A stretch of DNA of 32,000 nucleotides from contig NC_010546.1 of assembly GCF_000017845.1 (NCBI RefSeq), positions 420,001 to 452,000 of the forward strand. The letters are read 5' to 3'. The translations under genes and the position numbers were made by a program. Below are positions 1 to 9,556 of this stretch, one piece after another. Each line of letters opens with the position of its first letter. The first letter of the stretch is position 1. The DNA comes from Crocosphaera subtropica ATCC 51142 (GTDB lineage Bacteria > Cyanobacteriota > Cyanobacteriia > Cyanobacteriales > Microcystaceae). Under the pieces are notes generated by a model. The model saw only the letters and a list, made by a program, of their open reading frames with translations. It was not told the origin of the DNA and did no database searches.

Positions 1-111
1 GCATGGGGAGTCTTTAGGAGTCAACAGGGTATAAGCTTTCTAATTATTGTTATATTAAGAAATATAAAGACAAGAGAGTAAAAAAAAAGACACAATTGAA
101 ACTAAGCATCA

Positions 112-1647
112 ATGTTTGACACAAAACAACCCTCTTCTACTACAGAAGAGTCTAACAGGAAAGTTAACAAAATGTCCCAAGAAAAGGAAAAAAAAAGCGG
201 AATAAGGCGTTGGCCCCTAATTTGGGGTGTTTTAATTTTAATCACAACCACGGGTTCAGGAGTAACTTGGTGGTTAACTCAACAGAGTAATAACAAGTCG
301 TCATCGGCATTAGCCCAAGCAACTCCCCCTACTTCGGTCAAATTAGACACCCTCAAGCCTGGGGTTGTCAAAAATGTTTCAGACGTGGTGGGAACTCTCG
401 AAGCGCAAGACGCAGTAATATTAAGGCCAGAAATTCAAGGCCGGATCAACGAAATTTTAGTCAGAGAGGGCGATCTCATCACCAAAGGGCAACAAATCCT
501 GCAACTTGATAGTAGTGACTGGCAAGCCGAACTCTTGGAGGCACAAGCACAACTGGCCAGCCGAAAAGCCCGTTTAGCGGAATTAGAAGCAGGAAACCGT
601 GTCGAAGATATACAAGAGGCTAAAGCCCGTCTACGGGAGGCTAAAGCCCGTCTCAGCAATGCTCAAGCCGGCGGGAGTCTAGAAGAAATTGCCCAGGCAG
701 AAGCCCAAGTTAATGCGGCCCAAGCCAGTGCCGAGTTAGCCCAGCAACGGGTAGCCCGCTACAAAACCCTTGAACAAGAAGGGGCGGTTTCCACCGATGA
801 GTATCAAGAATACGTCACAGAAGCTCGTAATGCCTCTGCTGAGCTAGAACAAGCCCAACGCCGTTTATCCCAACTCAAAAAGAGTCGTCTGACAGACATT
901 GATGAGTTACAAGCGGCCGTCGAAAGGGAAGAACAAAACCTGCGAAGATTACAAACTGGCCCCCGTCAAGAAGTCATCGCCCAAGCTAGGGCCGATGTAG
1001 CAGAGGCGATCGCTCAAGTGCGGACGGCTGAGGTAAATGTGAGTAAAACTCGTATTGTTGCCCCTATTTCTGGCATTGTGGGAGATATTCCTGTGGAAGC
1101 CGGGGACTATGTAGGTCAAGGGGATACTTTGACGACGTTAACCCAAAATCATTTTTTAGAACTCAATTTATCTATTCCCCTAGAAGATGCGTCCCGTTTA
1201 CGGTTGGGCTTACCAGTACAAATTATTGATAATCAAGGAAAAGCGATCGCCACAGGAAATATTAGTTTTATTTCTCCCAATGTCACTGCCGACTCTCAAT
1301 TAGTGTTAGCAAAGGCCACCTTTGATGGCAATAATCGCTCCTTATTAAATCGTCAATTTATTCAAGCAAGAATCATCTGGCAACAAGGTCAAGGCTTATT
1401 AATTCCGACTACTGCAGTATCTCGCTTAGGAGGACAAACGTTTGTTTTTGTCGCTCAAGCTAATGACTCCAATAAGGAAGGGGCTGCACCCTTTATTGCA
1501 GAGCAACGACAGGTAGAATTAGGGGAAGTTCAAGGCAATAACTATCAAGTGATTAGTGGATTACAACCCGGAGAAAAAATTGTCACTGCGGGGATTCTAC
1601 AGTTAAAAGATGGTGCGCCGATCCAGGAAGTAAATAATCAAAAATAA
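112..1647 (+). CDS. RND-type efflux pump periplasmic adaptor (HlyD/AcrA-family membrane fusion protein)
   Basis: 511-aa ORF with an N-terminal membrane anchor (RRWPLIWGVLILITTTGSGVTWWL). It has a long Ala/Gln/Glu-rich coiled-coil hairpin (about residues 135-310) flanked by lipoyl/beta-barrel-like segments (VAPISGIVGDI). It ends 29 nt before an AcrB-type permease gene. The ATG at 172 (AGGAAAG upstream) is an alternative start. Confidence 0.9.
   Translation: MFDTKQPSSTTEESNRKVNKMSQEKEKKSGIRRWPLIWGVLILITTTGSGVTWWLTQQSNNKSSSALAQATPPTSVKLDTLKPGVVKNVSDVVGTLEAQDAVILRPEIQGRINEILVREGDLITKGQQILQLDSSDWQAELLEAQAQLASRKARLAELEAGNRVEDIQEAKARLREAKARLSNAQAGGSLEEIAQAEAQVNAAQASAELAQQRVARYKTLEQEGAVSTDEYQEYVTEARNASAELEQAQRRLSQLKKSRLTDIDELQAAVEREEQNLRRLQTGPRQEVIAQARADVAEAIAQVRTAEVNVSKTRIVAPISGIVGDIPVEAGDYVGQGDTLTTLTQNHFLELNLSIPLEDASRLRLGLPVQIIDNQGKAIATGNISFISPNVTADSQLVLAKATFDGNNRSLLNRQFIQARIIWQQGQGLLIPTTAVSRLGGQTFVFVAQANDSNKEGAAPFIAEQRQVELGEVQGNNYQVISGLQPGEKIVTAGILQLKDGAPIQEVNNQK
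616..653 (+). repeat. In-frame 21-nt tandem duplication inside the adaptor coiled coil
   Basis: GAGGCTAAAGCCCGTCT occurs at 616-632 and again at 637-653 (17/17 identical, period 21 nt). It encodes EAKARLR / EAKARLS, which is one duplicated heptad. Confidence 0.9.
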
Positions 1648-1676
1648 GTATTGGCAAAACCCTTTCTTAAAAAATT

Positions 1677-4600
1677 ATGAATTTTGTTGATTTTTTTATT
1701 AAACGCCCGGTTTTTTCTTCTGTTTGCGCCCTGCTAATTTTATTAGTGGGATTAATTAGTTTATTAAATTTACCTTTAGATCAATTTCCTGAAATTACTC
1801 CTACCAGGGTTCAAGTAGAATCCACTTATAATGGTGCCAGTGCCGAAGTAGTCGAGAATGCAGTTACTAATATTTTAGAACGGCAAATTAATGGGGTTGA
1901 AGGACTTAGATATATTAGTTCTAGTAGTAGTAATAGCGGAACCAGTAGTATTACTGTTACCTTTGATTCTTCGAGAAACCCTGATTTAGCTTCCGTTGAC
2001 GTACAAAATCAAGTATCTGTCGTGCAGTCCCAGTTACCCGATGCAGTACAAAGAACGGGGGTTCAAGTCACACGACAATCTAATAGTTTACTGTTAGGAA
2101 TTGGCTTATATAGTGATAATAATCGTTATGATAATGTCTTTTTGAGTAACTATGCTGACCAGTATTTAGTAGATGCCCTAAAACGCCTCGATGGTGTGGG
2201 AAATGTCCGAATTTTTGGGGAACGCCGTTACGCTATGCGTCTTTGGTTAGACCCCAATAAGTTAGCCAGTCGAGGGTTAACCACCCAAGACGTTGTTAAT
2301 GCTTTATCGGAACAAAATTTACAAGTAGGTGCCGGAAAAATAGGGGCAGAACCAGCACCCGACGGTCAACAGTTTCAGTTTGATTTACGGGCCATTAGTC
2401 AATTAAAAGATCCTAAAGAGTTTGAAAATTTACTATTGAAAACCGATGAAAACGGGGGGTTAGTTTACTTTAAAGATGTGGGAAGAGCAGAGTTAGGGGC
2501 GCAAGATTATAGTTCTTTTTTGAGGTTTCGAGGACAAGAAGCCGTCGGGATGGGAATCTATCAAAGAACGGGATCGAATGCGTTAGAAGTGGCTAAAAGA
2601 GTTGAACAAGAAATGGATCGCCTCTCCGCATTTTTCCCTCCTGATTTACAATATGTTGTGGCTTTTGATACCACTCAGTTTATCGAAGAATCTTTATCAG
2701 AAGTGGTCAAAACTCTCTTCATGGCCGTGGGTTTAGTTATTATTGTTATTTTAATCTTTTTACAAAATTGGAGAACCACGTTAATTCCGGCGTTAACCAT
2801 TCCATTAGCCCTGATTGGAACCTTTGCCTTTATTAAACTTTTTAATTTTTCTATTAATAGTTTAACCCTGTTTGGTTTAACCCTAGCTACCGGTATGGTG
2901 GTGGATGATGCCATCATTGTGGTTGAACAAATTAACCGTTATATTGAAGACGAAAATATGTCCCCTCAAGCAGCAGCCAGTAAGGCTATGGGGGAATTAT
3001 CATCGGCGGTTATTGCCACGTCTTTAGTGTTAATGGCAGTGTTTATTCCGGTGGCATTTTTCCCAGGAACCACAGGGGCTTTATATCGACAGTTTGCCCT
3101 AACTATTGCTTTTTCTATTGTTATTTCTACCTTTTTAGCCTTAACGTTAACCCCTTCTTTATGCGCTTTATTGTTAGAAAAGGGACAAAAATTACCGGGC
3201 TTTTTAGGAACTATTTTTAATCAATTTAATCACTTTTTAGACTGGGTAAAAGGACAATACAGGCGATCGCTTCATACCCTCTCTAATCTTCGCCTGGCGG
3301 TGGTGGGGGTCTTCGCCGTTTTATTATTACTCACAGCATGGTTATATACCAAGGTTCCTACCGCGTTTACCCCAGAAGAAGACCAAGGCTATTTCATCAC
3401 CATTATTCAAGCCCCTCAAGGGGTTTCCTTACAATATACTAGCGACGTGATGCGACAGGTAGAAAACATCATTTTAGAAGAACCTGATGTTAAAGCCACT
3501 TTTGCAGTTGGTGGGTTCGCTTTTGGAGGTAGTAGTGCCAACCAAGGGGTGATTTTTAGCCCCCTCAAACCCTTTAAAGAACGTCCTGGTCCTCAACATT
3601 CGGCGCAAGCCATCATTGGTAAATTATGGGGTAAATTTAGTCAAATACCCGAAGCAAATATTTTTCCGGTTAACCCCCCTGCCATTCGAGGTTTAAGTAA
3701 CTTTGGCGGTTTTGTTTATCAACTGCAAGATCAACAGGGAAGCGAAGATATTAATAAGTTAGTGCAGGTAATGGGTCAATTATTGGGGGCTGCTAACCAA
3801 AATCCTGCCATTGGCCAGGCATTTAGTCGCTTTTCTGCTGATACTCCTCAATTTCTAATTGAAGTCAATCGCAATAAAGCCCAAGCGTTGCAAGTCTCTA
3901 TCGATGATATTTTTAGCACCCTACAAACGGCGTTAGGATCTCGCTATGTGAACGATTTTACCTTACAACAACGCACCTATCGGGTCTATATACAAGCGGA
4001 TAAGGAATTTCGTGCCAACCCTCAAGATATCAATCAATTATATGTACGTTCCCAAAACGGTCAAATGGTTCCCTTATCTAATTTGGTCACTTTAACACCT
4101 ACCACCGGGGCCCAAACTATTAGCCATTACAACCTCTATCGTTCCGTGGAAATTAATGGCAGTCCTGCGCCGGGGGTGGGTTCGGGAACCGCCCTAGAAG
4201 CAATGGAAACCGTCTCTCAACAGGTTCTTCCACCGGGGTTTGGTTATGAATGGTCTGGGACTTCTCTTGAAGAACTAGACTCCGCCGGTCTGGCACCGAT
4301 TATTTTTGGTTTAGGACTGTTATTTGTTTTCTTGGTTTTAGCTGCACAATACGAAAATTATATTGATCCTTTAATTATTATTGTGGCGGTTCCTTTAGCT
4401 ATTTTAGGGGCATTAACGGCACAGTTATTAAGGGGCTTTGCTAACGATGTTTATTGTCAAATTGGTTTGGTAATGTTGATTGGTTTAGCCAGTAAAAATG
4501 CCATTTTAATTGTGGAGTTTGCTAACCAGTTAAGGGATGAGGGTTTACCGTTAGTTAAAGCAGCCATAGAAGCAGCCCAAGAACGCTTAAGACCTATTTT

Positions 4601-4802
4601 AATGACCGCAGTTTCTACCTTATTAGGGATTTTTCCCTTAGTCGTCGCAACTGGTGCCGGTTCAGGAAGTCGTCAGTCTTTAGGAACGGCGGTTTTTGGC
4701 GGAATGTTAGTGGCTTCTTTTTTAAGTTTATTTGTGGTGCCTATTCTCTATATTGTTATTAAAATGACCACAGAAAAATTCTTACCTAAAAAATCATCCT
4801 AG
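1677..4802 (+). CDS. RND efflux permease, AcrB/AcrD/AcrF family
   Basis: 1041-aa ORF with the 12-TM, two-large-periplasmic-loop layout. It carries the TM4 proton-relay motif GMVVDDAIIVVEQI and the C-terminal-half counterpart LASKNAILIVEFANQL. It is in operon position behind the adaptor gene. Confidence 0.95.
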   Translation: MNFVDFFIKRPVFSSVCALLILLVGLISLLNLPLDQFPEITPTRVQVESTYNGASAEVVENAVTNILERQINGVEGLRYISSSSSNSGTSSITVTFDSSRNPDLASVDVQNQVSVVQSQLPDAVQRTGVQVTRQSNSLLLGIGLYSDNNRYDNVFLSNYADQYLVDALKRLDGVGNVRIFGERRYAMRLWLDPNKLASRGLTTQDVVNALSEQNLQVGAGKIGAEPAPDGQQFQFDLRAISQLKDPKEFENLLLKTDENGGLVYFKDVGRAELGAQDYSSFLRFRGQEAVGMGIYQRTGSNALEVAKRVEQEMDRLSAFFPPDLQYVVAFDTTQFIEESLSEVVKTLFMAVGLVIIVILIFLQNWRTTLIPALTIPLALIGTFAFIKLFNFSINSLTLFGLTLATGMVVDDAIIVVEQINRYIEDENMSPQAAASKAMGELSSAVIATSLVLMAVFIPVAFFPGTTGALYRQFALTIAFSIVISTFLALTLTPSLCALLLEKGQKLPGFLGTIFNQFNHFLDWVKGQYRRSLHTLSNLRLAVVGVFAVLLLLTAWLYTKVPTAFTPEEDQGYFITIIQAPQGVSLQYTSDVMRQVENIILEEPDVKATFAVGGFAFGGSSANQGVIFSPLKPFKERPGPQHSAQAIIGKLWGKFSQIPEANIFPVNPPAIRGLSNFGGFVYQLQDQQGSEDINKLVQVMGQLLGAANQNPAIGQAFSRFSADTPQFLIEVNRNKAQALQVSIDDIFSTLQTALGSRYVNDFTLQQRTYRVYIQADKEFRANPQDINQLYVRSQNGQMVPLSNLVTLTPTTGAQTISHYNLYRSVEINGSPAPGVGSGTALEAMETVSQQVLPPGFGYEWSGTSLEELDSAGLAPIIFGLGLLFVFLVLAAQYENYIDPLIIIVAVPLAILGALTAQLLRGFANDVYCQIGLVMLIGLASKNAILIVEFANQLRDEGLPLVKAAIEAAQERLRPILMTAVSTLLGIFPLVVATGAGSGSRQSLGTAVFGGMLVASFLSLFVVPILYIVIKMTTEKFLPKKSS

Positions 4803-4875
4803 GGTCTGAGTATAGGGATCTTGTTTAACAAGGTTCCTATTTTATCTTAATTTGTGTCCATAGCTAAAGCAAAAA

Positions 4876-4895
4876 CCAGCGATCGCAATCGCTGG
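4876..4895 (-). terminator. Intrinsic terminator candidate downstream of the NFACT gene
   Basis: Perfect 8-bp stem CCAGCGAT/ATCGCTGG with a 4-nt loop; the stem contains a HIP1 site. On the minus strand it is followed directly by TTTTTGCTTT. It lies 139 nt downstream of the 5034 gene end. Confidence 0.55.
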
Positions 4896-5033
4896 GTACC
4901 CTAATAAAAATATTGTTGTTGTTTTTCGAGGAAATCCGGTAGCACGTTCCCAAATTGGCTAACCAGTCGATTTCTATAAATAAATTGTAACATCAGGCAC
5001 GAATTTTTGTAAATAATATTTAAAATATTTGTC

Positions 5034-6770
5034 TTAATCGTGATTTTTTAGATAGGATTGTATCTTATGTGGTTTTCCCCAAAGCACCCGTTCTCGTTTA
5101 TAGATGACCATTCCCGGTTTGGCTCCTTTGGGTTTATAGACGTATTTAGGTTCGGTGTAAACCACGGGAACCTGCTCGCTTTGACGAGCCTTACTGTAAT
5201 AGGCAGCCCAGTCTGCAGCACAATGAAGATCGGCTTCATTGGGGACAGCACCCGGTTCAAGTCTCAATAATACATGACTGCCGGCACTTTCTTGAGTATG
5301 AAACCATAAGTCATAGTCCCCTGCCGTACGAAAGGTAAGGCGATCGTTCTGTCGGTTATTGCGACCAATCCACACCTCAAACCCTGAAGGGGTTTTGTGT
5401 TGATAGGGTTGGGACTCATCAGAAATATTTGACATTTGTTGAGCAGGAGAGGGTAAATAATTTTGTTGAATTAATTCTTCTTTGATTTCTTGTAAGGTTT
5501 GTAAGTCTTCAAGAGATTGATAATCATCGATTTGCTGCAAACTGTCTTCGACTTGTTCTAAATAATTAATCTCTTCTTGAACTTCGTTTAATAAGGGTTC
5601 GACTGCACCTTTTGCCCGTTTTAATTTTTGATGTTTTTTATAGCAAAGTTGAGCGTTTTGTATGGCATTTTTTTCAGGGTTTAAAGGAATTTTTATGGGT
5701 TTTTCTGTTTCAAAGTCCTTTAGAGTCATAGAATTCATTCCTGGTTCCCATAGATGGGAATGAGCCATTAATAAATCCCCTTTTTGACGGTATTCATCCG
5801 CCTCTGAGGATTGCTGAATTTTTTGATTAAAATTATTAGCTTTACTATATAGCTTTTTTAGACAAGATTTTAGTTTTTGTTGTAATTGATGTTTTACTTG
5901 TTTGAATTTTTCTTGATTAATTTTGTTGGCATAATAATCATTAATTAAAGTTTGTATGTTAATGATTTTATCAATGATTCCCCAACCTAAAACTGTATAA
6001 CCTTCTTCTGTATAGCCTGGTTTAAATTGTTTAGTTTTTAAACTTTTTAGCCAAAACTGCCAACATTGATATAATTTCTTCCAGTCTTTCTCTGTTAAAC
6101 TTTCTGTAGAATCTTGTGGGTTTAAACCAGCTTCTTTAATCATAGAAGAAGCAACGACAGGACTTAAACCACGATAACTATTCAATAATTGTTTTTTCAG
6201 AGAACCAGGGATTAAACTAACTCTTTCTTGCCATCTTGTTTGATCTTCTTCTAACTTTGGAAATGTCCCAGTTAACGCAGGGGGAAGTTCATAGGGTTGT
6301 CCAGTTTGTACCGTTCTAACTGTCGATTGATTGGCATTAACTTGATGAGCTACTGCTACAATTTGCTGCTTACTATCCGTTAAAATCACATTACTATATT
6401 TGCCCATAATTTCCACAAAAAGATGCCAAACTGGTTCATCCCCTGGACGTTTAGCAAATTGTAAATCAACCACCCTTTCCCAAGGAGAAATCATTTTTAA
6501 AGCGATGAGTGCAAACCCATTTAACTGATGACGTAATTGATCACTAAACGTGAAAGTATCGGGGGTTCTCGGTGGCGAATCTCCGATACATAATCTAGCA
6601 GCTTGAGGATGCCAAGAAATGGTTAACCAACTACGTTTTTTTAAGGTACGCAAAGCAATAAAAATGGTATAGCGATCGCGTTGATAAACCTGTTCAACTT
6701 TAGCAGGTATCCAATGAGTTTGTAGATCATAACAAATGGCGCTTAAGGTGGTGACATCAACAGATTGCAT
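5034..6770 (-). CDS. NFACT-family protein (RqcH / fibronectin-binding protein A-like ribosome quality control factor)
   Basis: 578-aa ORF. N-terminal NFACT-N region (LFVEIMGKYSNVILTD), a central Lys/Gln/Glu-rich coiled coil, and C-terminal NFACT-R/DUF814 (DLWFHTQESAGSHVLL). The size and architecture match bacterial RqcH. Confidence 0.85.
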   Translation of the reverse strand: MQSVDVTTLSAICYDLQTHWIPAKVEQVYQRDRYTIFIALRTLKKRSWLTISWHPQAARLCIGDSPPRTPDTFTFSDQLRHQLNGFALIALKMISPWERVVDLQFAKRPGDEPVWHLFVEIMGKYSNVILTDSKQQIVAVAHQVNANQSTVRTVQTGQPYELPPALTGTFPKLEEDQTRWQERVSLIPGSLKKQLLNSYRGLSPVVASSMIKEAGLNPQDSTESLTEKDWKKLYQCWQFWLKSLKTKQFKPGYTEEGYTVLGWGIIDKIINIQTLINDYYANKINQEKFKQVKHQLQQKLKSCLKKLYSKANNFNQKIQQSSEADEYRQKGDLLMAHSHLWEPGMNSMTLKDFETEKPIKIPLNPEKNAIQNAQLCYKKHQKLKRAKGAVEPLLNEVQEEINYLEQVEDSLQQIDDYQSLEDLQTLQEIKEELIQQNYLPSPAQQMSNISDESQPYQHKTPSGFEVWIGRNNRQNDRLTFRTAGDYDLWFHTQESAGSHVLLRLEPGAVPNEADLHCAADWAAYYSKARQSEQVPVVYTEPKYVYKPKGAKPGMVIYKRERVLWGKPHKIQSYLKNHD

Positions 6771-6844
6771 GGTAATTAATTGATAACTTATTATCTTCTA
6801 TTTTCTCAAATTTTAGCTAGGATTGAAAGGCCAATAATTTGTTT

Positions 6845-7441
6845 TTACTTACGCTTAGTTGGGATTAAGGTTAAAGTTATCAGTTCTCCTGATTCGTCTA
6901 TTTCTAAAGAATTAATAATATTAATATTTTCATTAGATAAATAATTGATGTTTTCTCTTCCCTCATTTTGTGAAGTATTAGAAACCGTTAATAACGCTGT
7001 TTTTGCTCCTTGAAATAAGCTCAAATTAGTTATCGGAATATTCTCAAGGATTGTCGGTTCTTGATCCTGATCTTGATTAAAAGGAACTGGACGACATTGA
7101 TTATTACTTCGTTGACAAATCACGGTTTCATCAGCCGGAATCAAGACTTGATCTTTAAACTCAATGGATTTAATTTCATTCAAGGGAATACCAGTGGTGT
7201 AACCTTTAAAACTAATAATTAAACTACGATTATTCAAATCAATAAAGTTTCCTGTAGTCATATTTCCTGATTTCAAATAAACCACCGCAAATTCAGGAAA
7301 AGCGACTTGAATTTTTTGATCGAGATGCTCTTCTCTGTTTGGCTGAGACAGTAGCAAAGAGGGTAATATAGGAGTGCTTAAAGCCTTGTTGGGAACTGTT
7401 ATAACTGCACTCATTAATAAGATAGATAATAATCCTTTCAT
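6845..7441 (-). CDS. Hypothetical exported protein
   Basis: The ORF track gives 6845-7465. I prefer the ATG at 7441 because GGAGGAG lies 9 nt upstream and it gives a signal peptide (MKGLLSILLMSAVITVPNKALS). No family recognised. Confidence 0.6.
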   Translation of the reverse strand: MKGLLSILLMSAVITVPNKALSTPILPSLLLSQPNREEHLDQKIQVAFPEFAVVYLKSGNMTTGNFIDLNNRSLIISFKGYTTGIPLNEIKSIEFKDQVLIPADETVICQRSNNQCRPVPFNQDQDQEPTILENIPITNLSLFQGAKTALLTVSNTSQNEGRENINYLSNENINIINSLEIDESGELITLTLIPTKRK

Positions 7442-7641
7442 GCACAAAACTCCTCCAGAAAACAACCATCAGATGATCATAAGAATATGATACACTACCA
7501 CCTTTGATAACAGTGCAAAAATTACTTAGGAGATTTTTGTTTCTTTAATTGTCATTCCGAGGGAACTGGAAAGCTTATCCTTATTAATGTCCTAACCTTG
7601 ATGATACCTACCCAACCCAAACATAATTATTTAGACAACAT

Positions 7642-8214
7642 TTATTCGGAAATAGATTCTAACATTTCCTCACTTCCTTCCGGAATAGAATTTTGAACAA
7701 TATAAGGTAAATCAGCCCCTTTTAATCCTTTTTTAATTCTATCTAAGGTATTTTCAAAGACTACAAATAAAGGATAAACTTTTTCACCCCCTTCACTTAA
7801 CATATGGGCTTCTGTTTGAGGCATTAACCATTCATAATCTTTGTCTAAATGAATTTGAGTCTGTCGCCAACGGCTTAATAAATGGGAAAAATCTTCATGG
7901 GGACGATGAATAAAAATAAGAATTTCTGACCCTAATTTAATTTTCCATTCGGGATCACACATAATAATAGCCAAATCACAAGGTAACTGAATGGCTTCTT
8001 GAATATTGGGGGAAGTTAAACGACTTTCATTTAACGGTTTCGGTTGACGAACTTTTACAACGGGTAAAGGAATGGTAATCAAACTTTCTTCAGGACGACG
8101 TAAACTAGGAATCATCTCTAAATAGGAACGATGCTGCTTTAAGAGGGAAATAGCAGACAAGCGATCGCTATATTCGCATAAAAGTTGTTCGTAATGTGAT
8201 GATTTAATCGACAT
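7642..8214 (-). CDS. Hypothetical soluble protein downstream of pilC
   Basis: 190-aa ORF on the same strand, 88 nt downstream of pilC. No recognisable motifs. The coding call rests on ORF length and position only. Confidence 0.55.
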   Translation of the reverse strand: MSIKSSHYEQLLCEYSDRLSAISLLKQHRSYLEMIPSLRRPEESLITIPLPVVKVRQPKPLNESRLTSPNIQEAIQLPCDLAIIMCDPEWKIKLGSEILIFIHRPHEDFSHLLSRWRQTQIHLDKDYEWLMPQTEAHMLSEGGEKVYPLFVVFENTLDRIKKGLKGADLPYIVQNSIPEGSEEMLESISE

Positions 8215-8302
8215 AATAAAATGAATAATCTAATAGACCCTAAAACTATTATAGAGACGTTAGGAAAACCGCCTCTATACATTGAAAAAATTGACCGACA
8301 AT

Positions 8303-9517
8303 TTACGCCAGTTGGTCGAAAATTTTGAACATGGGTAAGTACATAGAGAGGAGAATAACCCCTACCATACCAGCGATCAACACCATCATTAAAGGTTCAA
8401 TAACACTGGTTAACGCTTTGACTGCTTGTTCTACTTCATCCTCATAGAAATCAGCCACTTTCATCATCATAGCATCGAGTTCTCCTGTTTCTTCCCCGAT
8501 ACAAATCATTTGAATAGCTAACTGAGGAAAAACGTTGGCATTTTGTAGGGCTAAACTCATCATACCCCCTTGTTGAATTTCTGCTTGGGCCCCGGCTACG
8601 GCATTAGCAATGACCTTATTTCCTACGGTGTTACAAACAATTTCTAGGGAAGTTAGAATAGGAACCCCAGAACGAGTTAATGTACCAAATACCCGACAAA
8701 AGCGGGCAACCGCAGACTTTTCATTTAAGTCACCAAAGAGGGGCATTTTCAGGAGAAATTTATCAATTTGTAAGCGACCAACTGGGGTTTTATAATATTG
8801 TTTAATGCCAAAAACTAAGGCAAACCCTCCTACAATAGGAATGAGAATTTTCCAACTACGCATAATACCACTGAGATAAAGCATAAATTGCGTTAAAGCT
8901 GGTAATTCTGCCCCTAAATCTTCAAAGATTCCTGCAAAAACAGGAATCAAGAAAATAGTCATGGCAAAGAAAACAATAACTGCCAAAATACCCACCGTAA
9001 CTGGATAAGCCATAGCGGATTTAATTTGGTTTTGGAGTCGGGCCATATCTTCGAGGAGTTTAGCTAAACGGTTTAATACTTCATCGAGTACCCCCCCAGT
9101 TTCTCCAGCTTCGACCATACTGACATAAAGTTGGTCAAAACAGTCTTCGTGTTTTCCTAAAGCTTCTGATAAACTAACCCCTTGTTGCACTTCTGCGCTA
9201 ATAGCTAATAAAGCTTTTTTCAGTTTAGGATTAGTGGCTTGATCGGCTAAAACCCCTAAACAACGAACAATTGCAACCCCTGCATTAATCATTACAGAAA
9301 ATTGACGAGAAAAGATGGCTTTATCTTTAACACTAACGTTATTTAAAGCTCCTCCTATCCCCGAAAAATCAAATTGCATTCCTGCTTCACTAATTTTTCC
9401 AATAGCAGGATATTGCTGTCTAAGCATAGCTCTGGCTTGATCAGGGGAAGTTGCTTGCACTTTTTGCTTAGAGATTTTTCCTTGTAAGTCTTTAACTTGA
9501 GCAATATAAGTAGGCAT
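8303..9517 (-). CDS. pilC: Type IV pilus platform protein PilC (GspF family)
   Basis: 404 aa with two T2SS-F repeats and three hydrophobic TM segments. The family-typical strings FSRQFSVMINAGV and ARFCRVFGTLTRSGVPIL are present. It starts 39 nt downstream of pilT. Confidence 0.95.
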   Translation of the reverse strand: MPTYIAQVKDLQGKISKQKVQATSPDQARAMLRQQYPAIGKISEAGMQFDFSGIGGALNNVSVKDKAIFSRQFSVMINAGVAIVRCLGVLADQATNPKLKKALLAISAEVQQGVSLSEALGKHEDCFDQLYVSMVEAGETGGVLDEVLNRLAKLLEDMARLQNQIKSAMAYPVTVGILAVIVFFAMTIFLIPVFAGIFEDLGAELPALTQFMLYLSGIMRSWKILIPIVGGFALVFGIKQYYKTPVGRLQIDKFLLKMPLFGDLNEKSAVARFCRVFGTLTRSGVPILTSLEIVCNTVGNKVIANAVAGAQAEIQQGGMMSLALQNANVFPQLAIQMICIGEETGELDAMMMKVADFYEDEVEQAVKALTSVIEPLMMVLIAGMVGVILLSMYLPMFKIFDQLA

Positions 9518-9556
9518 TTTCTTTCATATACAATAAACAGTAATTAACAATGTCAT

